This document shows positions 7,142-16,912 of a stretch of 64,000 nt of DNA, piece after piece. Numbering within the stretch: the stretch's first letter is position 1; each line of letters begins with the position of its first letter. The notes beneath the pieces are model-generated. The model was not told where the DNA came from. It saw only the letters and a program-made list of their open reading frames with translations, and searched no databases. Source of the DNA: an uncultured Chloroflexia bacterium (GTDB lineage: Bacteria > Chloroflexota > Limnocylindria > Limnocylindrales > CSP1-4); contig CAVTHS010000002.1 in the NCBI GenBank assembly GCA_963734535.1, positions 1-64,000 of the forward strand, in the 5' to 3' direction. Position numbers and translations under genes: made by a program.

Positions 7142-9670
7142 ATGCGCGCCCTCGACGCGCTGGCCCGCCGAACCCTGGTCGCACGACCGCTTCGCACCAT
7201 CCTCACGATCGCCGGGATCGCCCTCGGCGTCGGCGTGCTCGTGGCGGCGCTCGTCCTCAATGCCGGCCTGGATGCGACCGCCGAGCGGAGCGTCCGCGAC
7301 CAGCTCGGGCGCACCGACCTCCGAATCGCGGCGTTCGAGGAACGCGGCCTCTCCGCCGCGTCGCTCGGGGCCCTGGCGACGACGCCGGGTGTCGCCATCG
7401 TCGCGCCGGAGCTCGAACGGCGGACCTACCCGGTCGCGGTGCCGGGCTCCGGGGCGGGCCTGCCGGTTCCCGTGACTCTCGTCGGCATCGACCCTGCAGC
7501 CGACGCCGCGCTCCACGACCGGCTCCTCGCCGGCGGGTCGCCGCTGCCCCTCGCAGGCGGCGACGTGGCGCTCGTCTCGGATGCGCTCGCGCGCGCCGAC
7601 GGGCTTGCCGTCGGCGGGACGATCACGCTGAACGGGTCCGCGGCAACGGGCCCACGGGCATTCCGCATCTCGGGCATCCTGGCTGCCGTTCCCGGCGATC
7701 CCGACCCGGCCGGCCGCAGCGTCATCGTGCCGCTCGGGGCCGCGCAGTCCCTCGTCGGCACCGATTCGGTGAGCCGGGCGGACGTCGGGCTGGCACCCGG
7801 CGGCGACATCACCGCCGTCATCGCGTCGCTGGAGCGGCGGCTCACGTCGGAGCCGTACACGCTCTCGACGCCGGGCGACCTCATTGCGTCCCTGCAGGCC
7901 TCGACGGCCGACTTCCGGGCCACGATCGCGCTCGTCGCCGCGCTCGCGCTCTTCGGCGGCGCCTTCCTGATCTTCAACACGCTCGCCATGACGGTCGCCG
8001 AGCGCGCCCGCGACATCGGGCTCCTGCGCGCGGCGGGCATGACCCGCCGCCAGGTGACCGTGCTCGTGCTGATCTCGGCGGGGCACCTGGCGGTCGCGGG
8101 CGTCGTGCTCGGGTTGGCAGCCGGAATTGGCCTTGCGGCCCTCGTCACGGCGCTCTTCACGCCCGGCGGCGGCGTGCTCGGCATTCGCGAGCTCGTGATC
8201 CCGCCGGCGGGGCTCGTGCTGGGCGCGATCCTCGGCTTCGGCGTGACGATCGCGGCCGCGCTCGAGCCGGCCCTGCGCGCCGCGAGCATCTCGCCCGTCG
8301 CCGCGCTCACGGCGCGGCTCGAGCAGACCGCCGTCCTGCGCGCGCGCCTCCGCTGGCTGACGCTCGTGTTCGCCGTGGTCGGTGTCGCCGGTCTTGCGCT
8401 CTGGCCGGGTGTGGGCGAGGCGAGCGCCGGGCTCGTCAGGCCGCTCGCCGTCTACGGAATGCTCCTGGGCGTTGCGCTGGTGAGCCCGTTCCTCGTGGGA
8501 CCGCTCGGCACGCTGGTCGGGGCGCTCGCGCGGCCGTTCCTCCCGGTCGAGGAGCGCCTGACGCGCAGCACGCTGGTTCGCGACCCGAGCCGCACGGCGC
8601 TGACGGTCGGTGCGCTCTCGGTTGCCCTTGCCGTCCTCGTCGCGCTCGGCGGCGTCGCCGCGACGACCCGGCGGGCGGCCACCGCGTGGCTGACCGACGT
8701 GATCCCGGGCGAGGCGGTCCTCACCTCGATCCGCCCCGTCGCGCTCGACGAGCCGCAGCTGGCAGACCTCGCGGCCGTGCCCGGCGTGGCGCGCATCAGC
8801 CCGATCGGGCGCTTCGCCGTCTCGGTCGGTGGGCGGCGGCTGGACGCCGCCGCCGTCGTGGGCGCGGACCTGCTGGCCGACGGCCGGCTCGTGCTCTCGG
8901 CGGGGGATCGAGCGGGCGCGTTGCCCGCCCTCGACGCCGGCGGCGCGACGATCCTCCCGGCGGCCCTGGCCGACCGGCTCGGGATCCCGCTCGGCGGGTC
9001 GCTCCAGGTGCTGGCGGGGCGCGAGATCGTCGCGCTCCGCGTCGTCGGGATCGCGGCCAGGACGATCCCGGGCAGCTCCGGGGAGGCGGTCCTCGTCGGG
9101 TGGCCGGACGCCACGCAGCGCCTGGGCGTGCTCGGCGCCGACATCTTCGCGGTCCGCTACCTGCCGGGCCAGGCGGCGCCTGCGACGGCGGCCCTCGCGC
9201 CGGTCGCGCGCGCGATGGCGCTGGAGCCGGCCTCGCTCGAGGCGCTCGCGGGGACGATCGGGGCATCCGTGGATCGTCTCTTTGCGCTGTTGACCGCTCT
9301 CGCCGCCGTGGCCCTGATCGTCGCCGGCCTGGGCATCGTCAACACGCTCACCATGAACGTCCTCGAGCGCGTGCGCGAGCTGGGCTTCCTGCGGGCAGCC
9401 GGCCTGACCCGGCGCCAGGCGCGGCGGCTCGTGATGCTGGAGGCGGCGGTGCTTGGGGCGGTCGCCGCGATCATCGGGGTCGGCGCGGGCGTCCTGGCGG
9501 GCGTCATCCTCGCGGCGCTCGGGGCAGGCCCCGGCGTGACCTACGATCCCGGGTGGGGGACCGTCGTCCTGGCCCTGCTGGGCGGTGTCGGGCTCGCCGT
9601 CGTCGCGTCCGCGTGGCCGGCGACGCTGGCCGCCAGGATCGAGATCGTGCGTGCCGTACAGTACGAGTAG
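7142..9670 (+). CDS. ABC transporter permease (duplicated FtsX/MacB-type)
   Basis: Two NTL.M.V.ER.R-+G.LRA.G repeats and multiple transmembrane segments. Confidence 0.9.
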   Translation: MRALDALARRTLVARPLRTILTIAGIALGVGVLVAALVLNAGLDATAERSVRDQLGRTDLRIAAFEERGLSAASLGALATTPGVAIVAPELERRTYPVAVPGSGAGLPVPVTLVGIDPAADAALHDRLLAGGSPLPLAGGDVALVSDALARADGLAVGGTITLNGSAATGPRAFRISGILAAVPGDPDPAGRSVIVPLGAAQSLVGTDSVSRADVGLAPGGDITAVIASLERRLTSEPYTLSTPGDLIASLQASTADFRATIALVAALALFGGAFLIFNTLAMTVAERARDIGLLRAAGMTRRQVTVLVLISAGHLAVAGVVLGLAAGIGLAALVTALFTPGGGVLGIRELVIPPAGLVLGAILGFGVTIAAALEPALRAASISPVAALTARLEQTAVLRARLRWLTLVFAVVGVAGLALWPGVGEASAGLVRPLAVYGMLLGVALVSPFLVGPLGTLVGALARPFLPVEERLTRSTLVRDPSRTALTVGALSVALAVLVALGGVAATTRRAATAWLTDVIPGEAVLTSIRPVALDEPQLADLAAVPGVARISPIGRFAVSVGGRRLDAAAVVGADLLADGRLVLSAGDRAGALPALDAGGATILPAALADRLGIPLGGSLQVLAGREIVALRVVGIAARTIPGSSGEAVLVGWPDATQRLGVLGADIFAVRYLPGQAAPATAALAPVARAMALEPASLEALAGTIGASVDRLFALLTALAAVALIVAGLGIVNTLTMNVLERVRELGFLRAAGLTRRQARRLVMLEAAVLGAVAAIIGVGAGVLAGVILAALGAGPGVTYDPGWGTVVLALLGGVGLAVVASAWPATLAARIEIVRAVQYE

Positions 9671-9712
9671 AGTCGGGCCGGCCAGCCGTTCCCCCAGCCA
9701 CCGGAGGTGCAG

Positions 9713-10426
9713 ATGACGCTCGCGACACCCCGCCTCAACCGGCTCCCGGCAGGCGAGCGCGGGATCACGATCGGGGATTTCCTCGTCCCGATCGCGATCG
9801 GCGAACGGATCAGCGAGCGTGCGCGCCACGTGGCGCTCATCGCGATCGGCGCACTCCTCATCGCGCTGACCGCGAACGTGCAGGTCGTCCTCAACGGGCA
9901 GACCATCACGCTTCCCGGCGACATGCGGGTGACGCTCCCGGTCTCGCCCGTCCCGATCACCGCCCAGACGTTCGCGGTGCTCCTCGTCGGCGGCGCGCTG
10001 GGATTCCGGCGCGGCGTGATGTCGGTGGGCCTCTACCTGGCCCTGGGGCTGCTCATCCCCGTCTATGCGCAGGGGGCTTCGGGGATCGACACGTTCGTCG
10101 GTCGCGAGGCCGGCCGCTGGGTCCTGGGGACGACCGGTGGCTACCTGCTCGGGTTCCTGTTCGCGGGCGGGCTCGTGGGCCGCCTCGCCGAGCTGGGCTG
10201 GGATCGCCACGTCGGGGGAGCCGTGGTGGCGATGCTCCTCGGCAACGTCGTCATCTACCTCGTCGGCGTGCCCTGGCTCATGGCCGCCACGGGCTTCGAC
10301 CTCGCCACGGGGCTCGCCAAGGGCGTCTACCCGTTCCTCGTCGGCGACCTCATCAAGCTGGCGCTGGCGGGGATCATCTTCCCGGCGGCGTGGTGGCTGG
10401 TGGGTCGCGGCGACGGCACGCGCTGA
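9713..10426 (+). CDS. bioY: Biotin transporter BioY
   Basis: SPVPITAQTFAVLLVG, TGGYLLGF, PFLVGDLIK. GGAGG RBS precedes the ATG at 9713. Confidence 0.9.
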   Translation: MTLATPRLNRLPAGERGITIGDFLVPIAIGERISERARHVALIAIGALLIALTANVQVVLNGQTITLPGDMRVTLPVSPVPITAQTFAVLLVGGALGFRRGVMSVGLYLALGLLIPVYAQGASGIDTFVGREAGRWVLGTTGGYLLGFLFAGGLVGRLAELGWDRHVGGAVVAMLLGNVVIYLVGVPWLMAATGFDLATGLAKGVYPFLVGDLIKLALAGIIFPAAWWLVGRGDGTR

Positions 10427-11334
10427 CGGGAACGGACGCGGCGGGGCTGTACGGCCCCGGATCCGCCGCCTGGGCGCGCAATCGAGACGCCTTTCTGCTC
10501 CTCGGCGCGGGTCCTCGCGCGCTGCTCCTCCAGCTCGCGCACCCGCTGGTCGCCGAGGGCGTCGCCCAGCACTCGGACTTCCGGGCCGACCCGTGGAGCC
10601 GGCTGGCCGGCACGCTGCACAGCTACCTGCGGATCATCTACGCGAGCCGCACCGGGGCGAACGCGGAGATCTCCAGGCTCAACCGACTCCACCGCACGAT
10701 CGCGGGCGTTGTCGAGGACGCGGAGGCGCGCGCCGTGACCGGCGTCGCGTCGTACGCGGCGCGCGACCCGGAGCTCTCCCTGTGGGTCCATGCCACGCTC
10801 GTCGAATCCACGCTGGCCGTGAACGAGGCGTGGCTCGGCCCGCTGCCTCCCGGTGAGGCCGCACGCTTCTACGCGGAGACGCTGCCGATCGGGCGCGCGT
10901 TCGGGATCCCCGGCCGGATCCTGCCCGTGGACCTCGCCGCGTTCCGGGCATGGTGGAACACGATGCTCGGTCCGGGTGGGCTCATTGGCGTGACGCCGAC
11001 CGCCAGGGATCTCGCCGCGACGATCCTCGCGCCGCCGCTCGGGCCGCTGGCCGGGGAGGGCAGGGGAGGCATCCTGCCGGCCGGGTTCCGGCCGATTCTC
11101 ACGGCGATCCCACCCTCGGCGGCCGGCTGGCTCCTGTGGCCGTCGATCGCGCTCCTGCCGCCGTCCATCCGGGCGGGCTACGAGATCCCGTGGTCGCCGG
11201 GCCGGCGAGCGGTGGCCGCGTGGCTCGTGGCGGGCTGGCGCGGCTGGGCGGCGCTCCTGCCGGATTCATGGGGGACCATGCCCCAGGCGCGCGCTGCGGA
11301 CCGACGAATCACGGGGGGCGCTCGCGTCCGGTGA
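10423..11334 (+). CDS. MpaB/DUF2236 oxygenase-family protein (start uncertain)
   Basis: GLYGPGSAAW, ALLLQLAHPLVAEGVAQHSDF, LWVHATL, in the C-terminal part of ORF 8686..11334. Confidence 0.85.
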   Translation: MTGTDAAGLYGPGSAAWARNRDAFLLLGAGPRALLLQLAHPLVAEGVAQHSDFRADPWSRLAGTLHSYLRIIYASRTGANAEISRLNRLHRTIAGVVEDAEARAVTGVASYAARDPELSLWVHATLVESTLAVNEAWLGPLPPGEAARFYAETLPIGRAFGIPGRILPVDLAAFRAWWNTMLGPGGLIGVTPTARDLAATILAPPLGPLAGEGRGGILPAGFRPILTAIPPSAAGWLLWPSIALLPPSIRAGYEIPWSPGRRAVAAWLVAGWRGWAALLPDSWGTMPQARAADRRITGGARVR

Positions 11335-11404
11335 GCGATCCGGAGCATCCGCCTCCTGTGAGCGATCCGGCGCGTCCGCGCCCCGACCTCTACCATTGGC
11401 CGCC

Positions 11405-12930
11405 GTGACGACCCCGGACCCGCGCGCCGTGCTTGCCCTCGATCTCGGGACATCGGCGGCCAAGGCGGGCGTGGTCGCCCTCGACGGCCGGCTGCGCGGC
11501 GAGGCCCGGGCGACGTACCCGCTCCTTCTCGACGGCGAGGCCGGACGCGCCGAGCAGGATCCCGATGCATGGTGGGACGCGCTCCGCGAGGTTGCGGCGA
11601 GCGCCCTCCGGCGTGCCGCCCAGGACGGCCCGCTGGAGCCCATCGCGATCTGCTGCGTCGGGCAGGGGCCGACCCTCGTGCCGACGGCCGAGGACGGACG
11701 CGCCGTCGGGAACGCGGTCACGTGGCTGGACCGGCGATCGGGAGCCGAGTCCGCGTCCGTCGTCGCCGCGCTTGGCCGCCACGGCTGGAACGTCACGCTC
11801 CTCGGGTCGGCGCGGCGGCTCGCGGCCGCGGCGCCGGAGGTCGCCTCCCGGGCGTCCTGGTTCCTGTCGGCCTGGGATCACGTGGCGCTGCGTCTCTGCG
11901 GCGTCGCGGCGGCAGCGCTCCAGGACCCTGCCGACGCGGTCACCTCGGTCGAGGCCCGGCTCGCCGGGCTCGACGGGCGATCGGCACCGCCGGGAGTCCG
12001 CGCCGGAACGGTGCTCGGCGGTCTCCTGGAGGGCCCGGCCGCCGAGCTCGGTCTGCCCGCCGGGCTGCCGGTCGTCGCGGGCGTCAACGACGCGATCGCG
12101 ACGTTCCTCGGCGCGGGGCTCACGGTCGCCGGCCAGGCGATCGATACGGGCGGCACCTCGGGCGGCTTCGGGCTCTACGTGGCGTCGCCGGTCGCGATCC
12201 CGCCCCTGTGGACCGGCGCGGCGCCCCTTCCCGGCCTCTGGTACGTCGGCGGGGCGATGGCCGGCACGGGCAAGGCGCTCGACTGGTTCGTGGCCGACGC
12301 GCTCGGCGGGGCGGCGTCACTGTCCACCCTGCTCGAGGAAGCGGCATCCGTCCGCGCGGCATCGGAGGGCCTTGTCTTCCTGCCGTACCTCGCCGGCGAA
12401 CGCTGGCCGCTCCACGACCCGTCGGCGCGCGGTGCGTTCGTGGGTCTGACCCTCCACCACGGCCGTGGCCATCTCGCCCGGGCCGTCCTCGAGGCGGCCG
12501 CGTTCGCGGTCCGCCATGTCGCCGGGCCGGCTCGCGACGCCGGGCTTCCGTTCACGGAGCTGCGGGTGACCGGCGGCACGGCCGCGAGCCGCCTCTGGAA
12601 CGGGATCAAGGCGGACGTGCTGGGCGTCGAGGTGGTGGTCCCCGCGGTCACCGAGGCGTCGGTGATCGGCGCGGCGATCCTCGCCGCCGTGGGGGCCGGG
12701 GCCCACGGGGACCTACGCGCTGGGGTGGCCGCGATGACCCACGACGCGGAGCGCATCGAGCCCGATCCGGCGCCGTCGCGATCTACGATCGCGCCTTCGC
12801 GGTCTACGAGGAGCTGCACGCCCGGCTCGCACCGGCGAACGAGGCGCTCGGAGCGCTCGACGGCCGCGGGACGGTCGTCCCGGTCGATGACGGCCGCCCA
12901 CAGCCTGGGCCGGCCGTGACGCGGGTCTGA
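11405..12930 (+). CDS. FGGY-family carbohydrate kinase (xylulokinase-like), frameshift near 12775
   Basis: ALDLGTSAAK, AEQDPDAWW, FLPYLAGER, TGGTAASRLW. The C-terminus (AIYDRAFAVYEELH) is in the frame ending 12930. Confidence 0.88.
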
Positions 12931-13053
12931 CTCAGCGCTGACCCGGCCCCGACGCGAGTATCCTTCGGGCTGGCCGCCTGCGTCCGCATCGCCCGACCCC
13001 GCATCGGCCGCGGCCCTTCACGTCGAACACTCTCGCCGCCCCGGAGGAACCTC

Positions 13054-14109
13054 GTGCCCGTCCGCACTCCACGCCCTGCCCGCGCCGGCCGCCTCGCCGC
13101 GTTCGTCGCGATCGCCTCCCTTGCCGTCGCCGCCTGCGCCGGCGGGACGGCGACCGCTCCGTCGCCGACGCCAACCCTGGCGCCGACGACCGCGCCGTCG
13201 GCAAACCCGTACACCGGCGCAGCCGCCGGCAGCGGGACCGGGGTCAAGCTCGGCTACCTCTCGTACGGGGACCTGGTTCCCTACGTGAAGCAGATCAGCG
13301 ACGGCATCCGTACCCAGGCCGCCACCGCGGGCGTCGACCTCGTCACCTGCGACGCGAACGTGGATCCAGCGAAGGTCGACGACTGCATGAAGCAGCTGAC
13401 CGGCGCGGGGATCAAGGGCCTGATCCAGTTCCAGGGCTCGCTCGAGCTTCCGTCCACCGTCTGCGCGAAGGTGCCGGCGGGGCTCCCGGTCCTCGCGGTG
13501 GAGCTCCCCGAGGATCCCTGCGCCGCGTCGCTCGTGTCCGCCGACGACCTTCGGGCGGGCCAGATCGCGGGTGCCGCGGTCGGGGCATGGGTGAAGGCTC
13601 ACTGGGCGTGCGCGTACGACGCCTACGTCTCCCTCGAATCGACGTCCGTGCCGGACCGGAACCAGAAGCGGATGGAGGGCTACCGGCAGGGCTTCGCCAC
13701 CGTCTGCCCCGGTCCCATCACGAACCAGCAGGTCGGCGCGTCGGCCGATCGGCAGGACGCGGCCCGCGACGCCGTCGCCACGCTCCTCGACACGCTGCCC
13801 GGGAAGAGCAGGATCATCGTCGTCGCGATGAACGATGACGGGGCGCTCGGCGCGCTGGACGCCGCGACGGCGGCCGGCAGGACCGGGGACGTCTGGGTCA
13901 GCGGGCAGGGCGCGGAGCCCCGGGTCCGGGACCTGATCCGAACGAACGAGCACTACCTCGGAGACGCCGCGTACTTCCCGGAGCGCTTCGGGGCGACGAT
14001 CGTCCCCGCGATCCTGGACCTGGTCGCCGGCAAGCCGGTGCCGAAGCTGCTCCTCATCGAGCCGGCCTGGGTGGACGCCACGACGATCAAGACGATCTAC
14101 CCGAGCTGA
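13054..14109 (+). CDS. Sugar ABC transporter substrate-binding lipoprotein (RbsB-like)
   Basis: Lipobox VAAC, periplasmic-binding-protein motifs ADDLRAG, RMEGY, AMNDDGALGA. Confidence 0.85.
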   Translation: MPVRTPRPARAGRLAAFVAIASLAVAACAGGTATAPSPTPTLAPTTAPSANPYTGAAAGSGTGVKLGYLSYGDLVPYVKQISDGIRTQAATAGVDLVTCDANVDPAKVDDCMKQLTGAGIKGLIQFQGSLELPSTVCAKVPAGLPVLAVELPEDPCAASLVSADDLRAGQIAGAAVGAWVKAHWACAYDAYVSLESTSVPDRNQKRMEGYRQGFATVCPGPITNQQVGASADRQDAARDAVATLLDTLPGKSRIIVVAMNDDGALGALDAATAAGRTGDVWVSGQGAEPRVRDLIRTNEHYLGDAAYFPERFGATIVPAILDLVAGKPVPKLLLIEPAWVDATTIKTIYPS

Positions 14110-14687
14110 GGCTGGCCGCGCGCGGCGCGGGCGCCCCAGGCTCGCGACGGCGCGCCCGGGAGACGGGCGCTACGCCCGCGTCTCCGATTCATGGACGGCT
14201 CCGTAGCGCTGATCGCGGCGATCTCGGCGGTGATCGCCGCGACGAGCGCGGGCAGCGCCGCGGCGACGGACGCCGTCAGGGGCGTCCCCACGTCGAAACA
14301 GGCGCCGCCGATCCCGACGAAGGTCCCCGCGGGCGGGGCATCGCGGAGGGTGGCGGCGAGGTCCAGGACCTGCTCCAGCGGGAGCTCGTGGGACGAACGG
14401 AGCTCGGGCGCGCGCCCGGCTGCCTGGAGCGCCCGGGAGCGATCGACGAGCGCCGCGAGCGGCCGAACCCACACCTCGCCGGGGCGGAGGCCGGCGACGG
14501 CGTCGACCACGACGCACGGCGAATCGGCCGGCAGGTCCATCAGGAAGAGGATGTCGAGCTGGCCGACGGGCACGACCTCCACGCGATCGCGGAGGTCGGC
14601 CGGGAGCAGGTCGATGGCGGCGAACCCCGCGGCGTCGTCGCCGCGTGCCGGTTCGCCGCAGACGAAGATCGGGACGCGCGGGATCAT
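14097..14687 (-). CDS. Hydrogenase maturation endopeptidase (for the group 3b enzyme)
   Basis: CGEPARGDDAAG, VVVDAV, SSHEL. ATG at 14687. The 3' end is uncertain. Confidence 0.85.
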   Translation of the reverse strand: MIPRVPIFVCGEPARGDDAAGFAAIDLLPADLRDRVEVVPVGQLDILFLMDLPADSPCVVVDAVAGLRPGEVWVRPLAALVDRSRALQAAGRAPELRSSHELPLEQVLDLAATLRDAPPAGTFVGIGGACFDVGTPLTASVAAALPALVAAITAEIAAISATEPSMNRRRGRSARLPGAPSRAWGARAARGQPQLG

Positions 14688-14740
14688 GGGGACGCTCCGC
14701 GCTCGGTGCGGGAGTGGCTTCGCCGTCGGTGCGGCGCCGC

Positions 14741-16067
14741 TCAGGCCTCCTCGACGCGGAGGTCGAGGAAGTGGGTGGCGCAGCTGATGCAGGGGTCGTA
14801 GCTCCGGATCATCTGCTCGAGGCGGAGGGTTGCCTCCGCGTGCGGCAGGTCCAGGACCTGCCCGGCCGCGACGACGAGATCCGCCTCGATGGCGGCCTGG
14901 TTCTGGCTGGTGGGCGGCACGATCTGGGCATGCCGGATCCGCCCGGACTGGTCCACCTCGTAGCGGTGGAAGAGGAGGCCGCGCGGGGCCTCCGTCGCCC
15001 ACGCCGCGACGCCGGGGCGGCTCTGCCATGCCACCAGCGGTTCGGACGGGACCCGGTAGGCGTCGATGATGTCGATCGCCTCGGCACAGGCGTGCACGAG
15101 CTCCACCGCGCGGGCCACGATCGACGCGTAGATGTTGGTCCGGATCAGCTCGGCTCATGCCGGTGGCGGCAAGCGCCTCTTTGGCGAGCGGATGGAGCTG
15201 CTCGCCGGCCAGCACGACGCGTGCCGCGGGGCCGAGAAGGTAGACACCCTTCCCGTCGATGGACCGGGCGTGGAGCGCGTTCGAGCCCTCCACCTGGAAC
15301 TCCTCGAAGGCATCCCGCCACGCGGTGGGCGACAGGTCCACGCCGTCCGAGCTGACGATGCGCCCGTCGTTGAACGGGTACTCGCCGGCATGCCGCAGGC
15401 TGACCAGGCGTGGCTCGCGTGCGAACGCCGGCATCGGGAAGCCCGCGACGAGCTTGACCGTCTCCTGGGCGAACGCGAGGGACTCCTCGAGGGCCGCGCG
15501 GTGCTCCATGAGCTCGCTGACGCGCGGGACGTGGCTCCAGCCGCCCACCCGGACGCTGACCGGGTGGATCGGCCGGCCCCCGAGGATCTTGATGAGGTGG
15601 TTGCCGGCCTTCTTCATCTTGAGGGCCTGCTCCACGAGCGGCCGGTGATCGGCCGCCATGGTGATGCCGCTGTCGTATCCCAGGAAGTCAGGCGCGTGGA
15701 GGAAGAAGATGTGGAGCGAGTGGCTCTCGATCCACTCGCCGCAGTAGAACAGCCGCCGGAGCGCTCGCGACTGCGGGTCGATGCGGACCCCGAAGAGGTC
15801 CTCGAACCCGTGGGCCGCGCTCATCTGGTACGCGACGGGGCAGATGCCGCAGATCCGGGCGACGATGTCGATGACCTCGTCGGGGGTCCGCCCCACGACG
15901 AGCTGCTCGAAGTAGCGCGGCGTCTCGAAGATGCCGAGGCGCGCCTCGAGGACCTCGCCATCCTTCACTCGCAGCCGGAGCGAGCCTTCGCCCTCGACCC
16001 GCGTGAGCTCATGAACCTCGTACAGGCGCTCGTCCACGACCTTGTCCGTCGTCGTTCCGCGGCTCAT
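14741..16067 (-). CDS. hydA: Group 3b [NiFe] sulfhydrogenase large (alpha) subunit, frameshift near 15150
   Basis: TRVEGEG, L1 motif RICGICP, EAPRG, and L2 motif DPCISCATH followed by a cleavable tail. Confidence 0.92.
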
Positions 16068-16912
16068 GCCTTTCCTCCCCGCGGCGACGGCTCGGCCGCC
16101 GTCGTGCCGCGCCCGCTCCGGGCGCCGCCGAGCTCCGTCACCATGCTGCGGAACGGCTCCGAGTACGCGGTGAACCCGGCAAAGAGCCGCCCGATCTCCT
16201 CCCGGGGCCGGTCGCCGGCCATCTGGAGGTGACGGGTGAGCCCCGCCGCGTTTGCCTGCTCGCGCGGCCCGAAGCAGCCGTAGCAGCCACGGCCGAAGCG
16301 CGGGCAGATGGCGCCGCACCCGGTCTGGGTGACCTGGCCGAGGCAGGGGATCCCCTTGCTGACCATGACGCAGACGACGCCGCGCCGCTTGCACTCCATG
16401 CACACGGCCTCGTCCCGCAGCTGTGGGCGGCGACCGGTGGTGAGCGCGGTGAGGAGCTCGACCAGCTGGCCGGGATCGATCGGACAGCCGCGCAGCTCCG
16501 CGTCCACGATCACGTGCTCGGAGATGGGGGTCGAGCGGGCAAGCGACGCGATCCACTCGGGGTTCGTGTAGACGCCCATGCGGAACGCATCGTGGTCGCC
16601 CCAGTTGCGGAGCGCCTGGATGCCGCCCGCCGTCGCGCAGGCGCCGATGGTGACGAGGAACCGGGTCCTCCGGCGAAGCTCGACGATCCGCTCGAGGTGG
16701 GCCGGCTCCGAGACCGACCCTTCGACGAACAGGACGTCGTAGGGTCCCGAGGAGCGGGCGGACGTCGCCTCCGGGAAGTCGACGATATCGAAATGCTCGA
16801 CGACGGAGAGCAGCTCGTCCTCGAGGTCGAGGAGGGTGAGCTGGCAGCCATCGCACGACGCGAACTTGACGACGCCGACGCGGGGACGTGCCGCGACGGG
16901 GGCGTGAGCCAT
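16064..16912 (-). CDS. hydD: Group 3b hydrogenase small (delta) subunit
   Basis: FASCDGCQL, VEGS, GACATAGG, GCP, and a Cys-rich C-terminus (CMECK, CLG, CGAICP, CYGC). Confidence 0.92.
   Translation of the reverse strand: MAHAPVAARPRVGVVKFASCDGCQLTLLDLEDELLSVVEHFDIVDFPEATSARSSGPYDVLFVEGSVSEPAHLERIVELRRRTRFLVTIGACATAGGIQALRNWGDHDAFRMGVYTNPEWIASLARSTPISEHVIVDAELRGCPIDPGQLVELLTALTTGRRPQLRDEAVCMECKRRGVVCVMVSKGIPCLGQVTQTGCGAICPRFGRGCYGCFGPREQANAAGLTRHLQMAGDRPREEIGRLFAGFTAYSEPFRSMVTELGGARSGRGTTAAEPSPRGGKA

Noticed and set aside
6218-10210. 1330-aa minus-strand ORF and similar long antisense ORFs (e.g. 51958..54978, 20291..22399)
   Set aside because: These are shadow ORFs of real genes caused by high GC and stop-codon scarcity. 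They are Arg/Gly/Pro-rich and contain no motifs.
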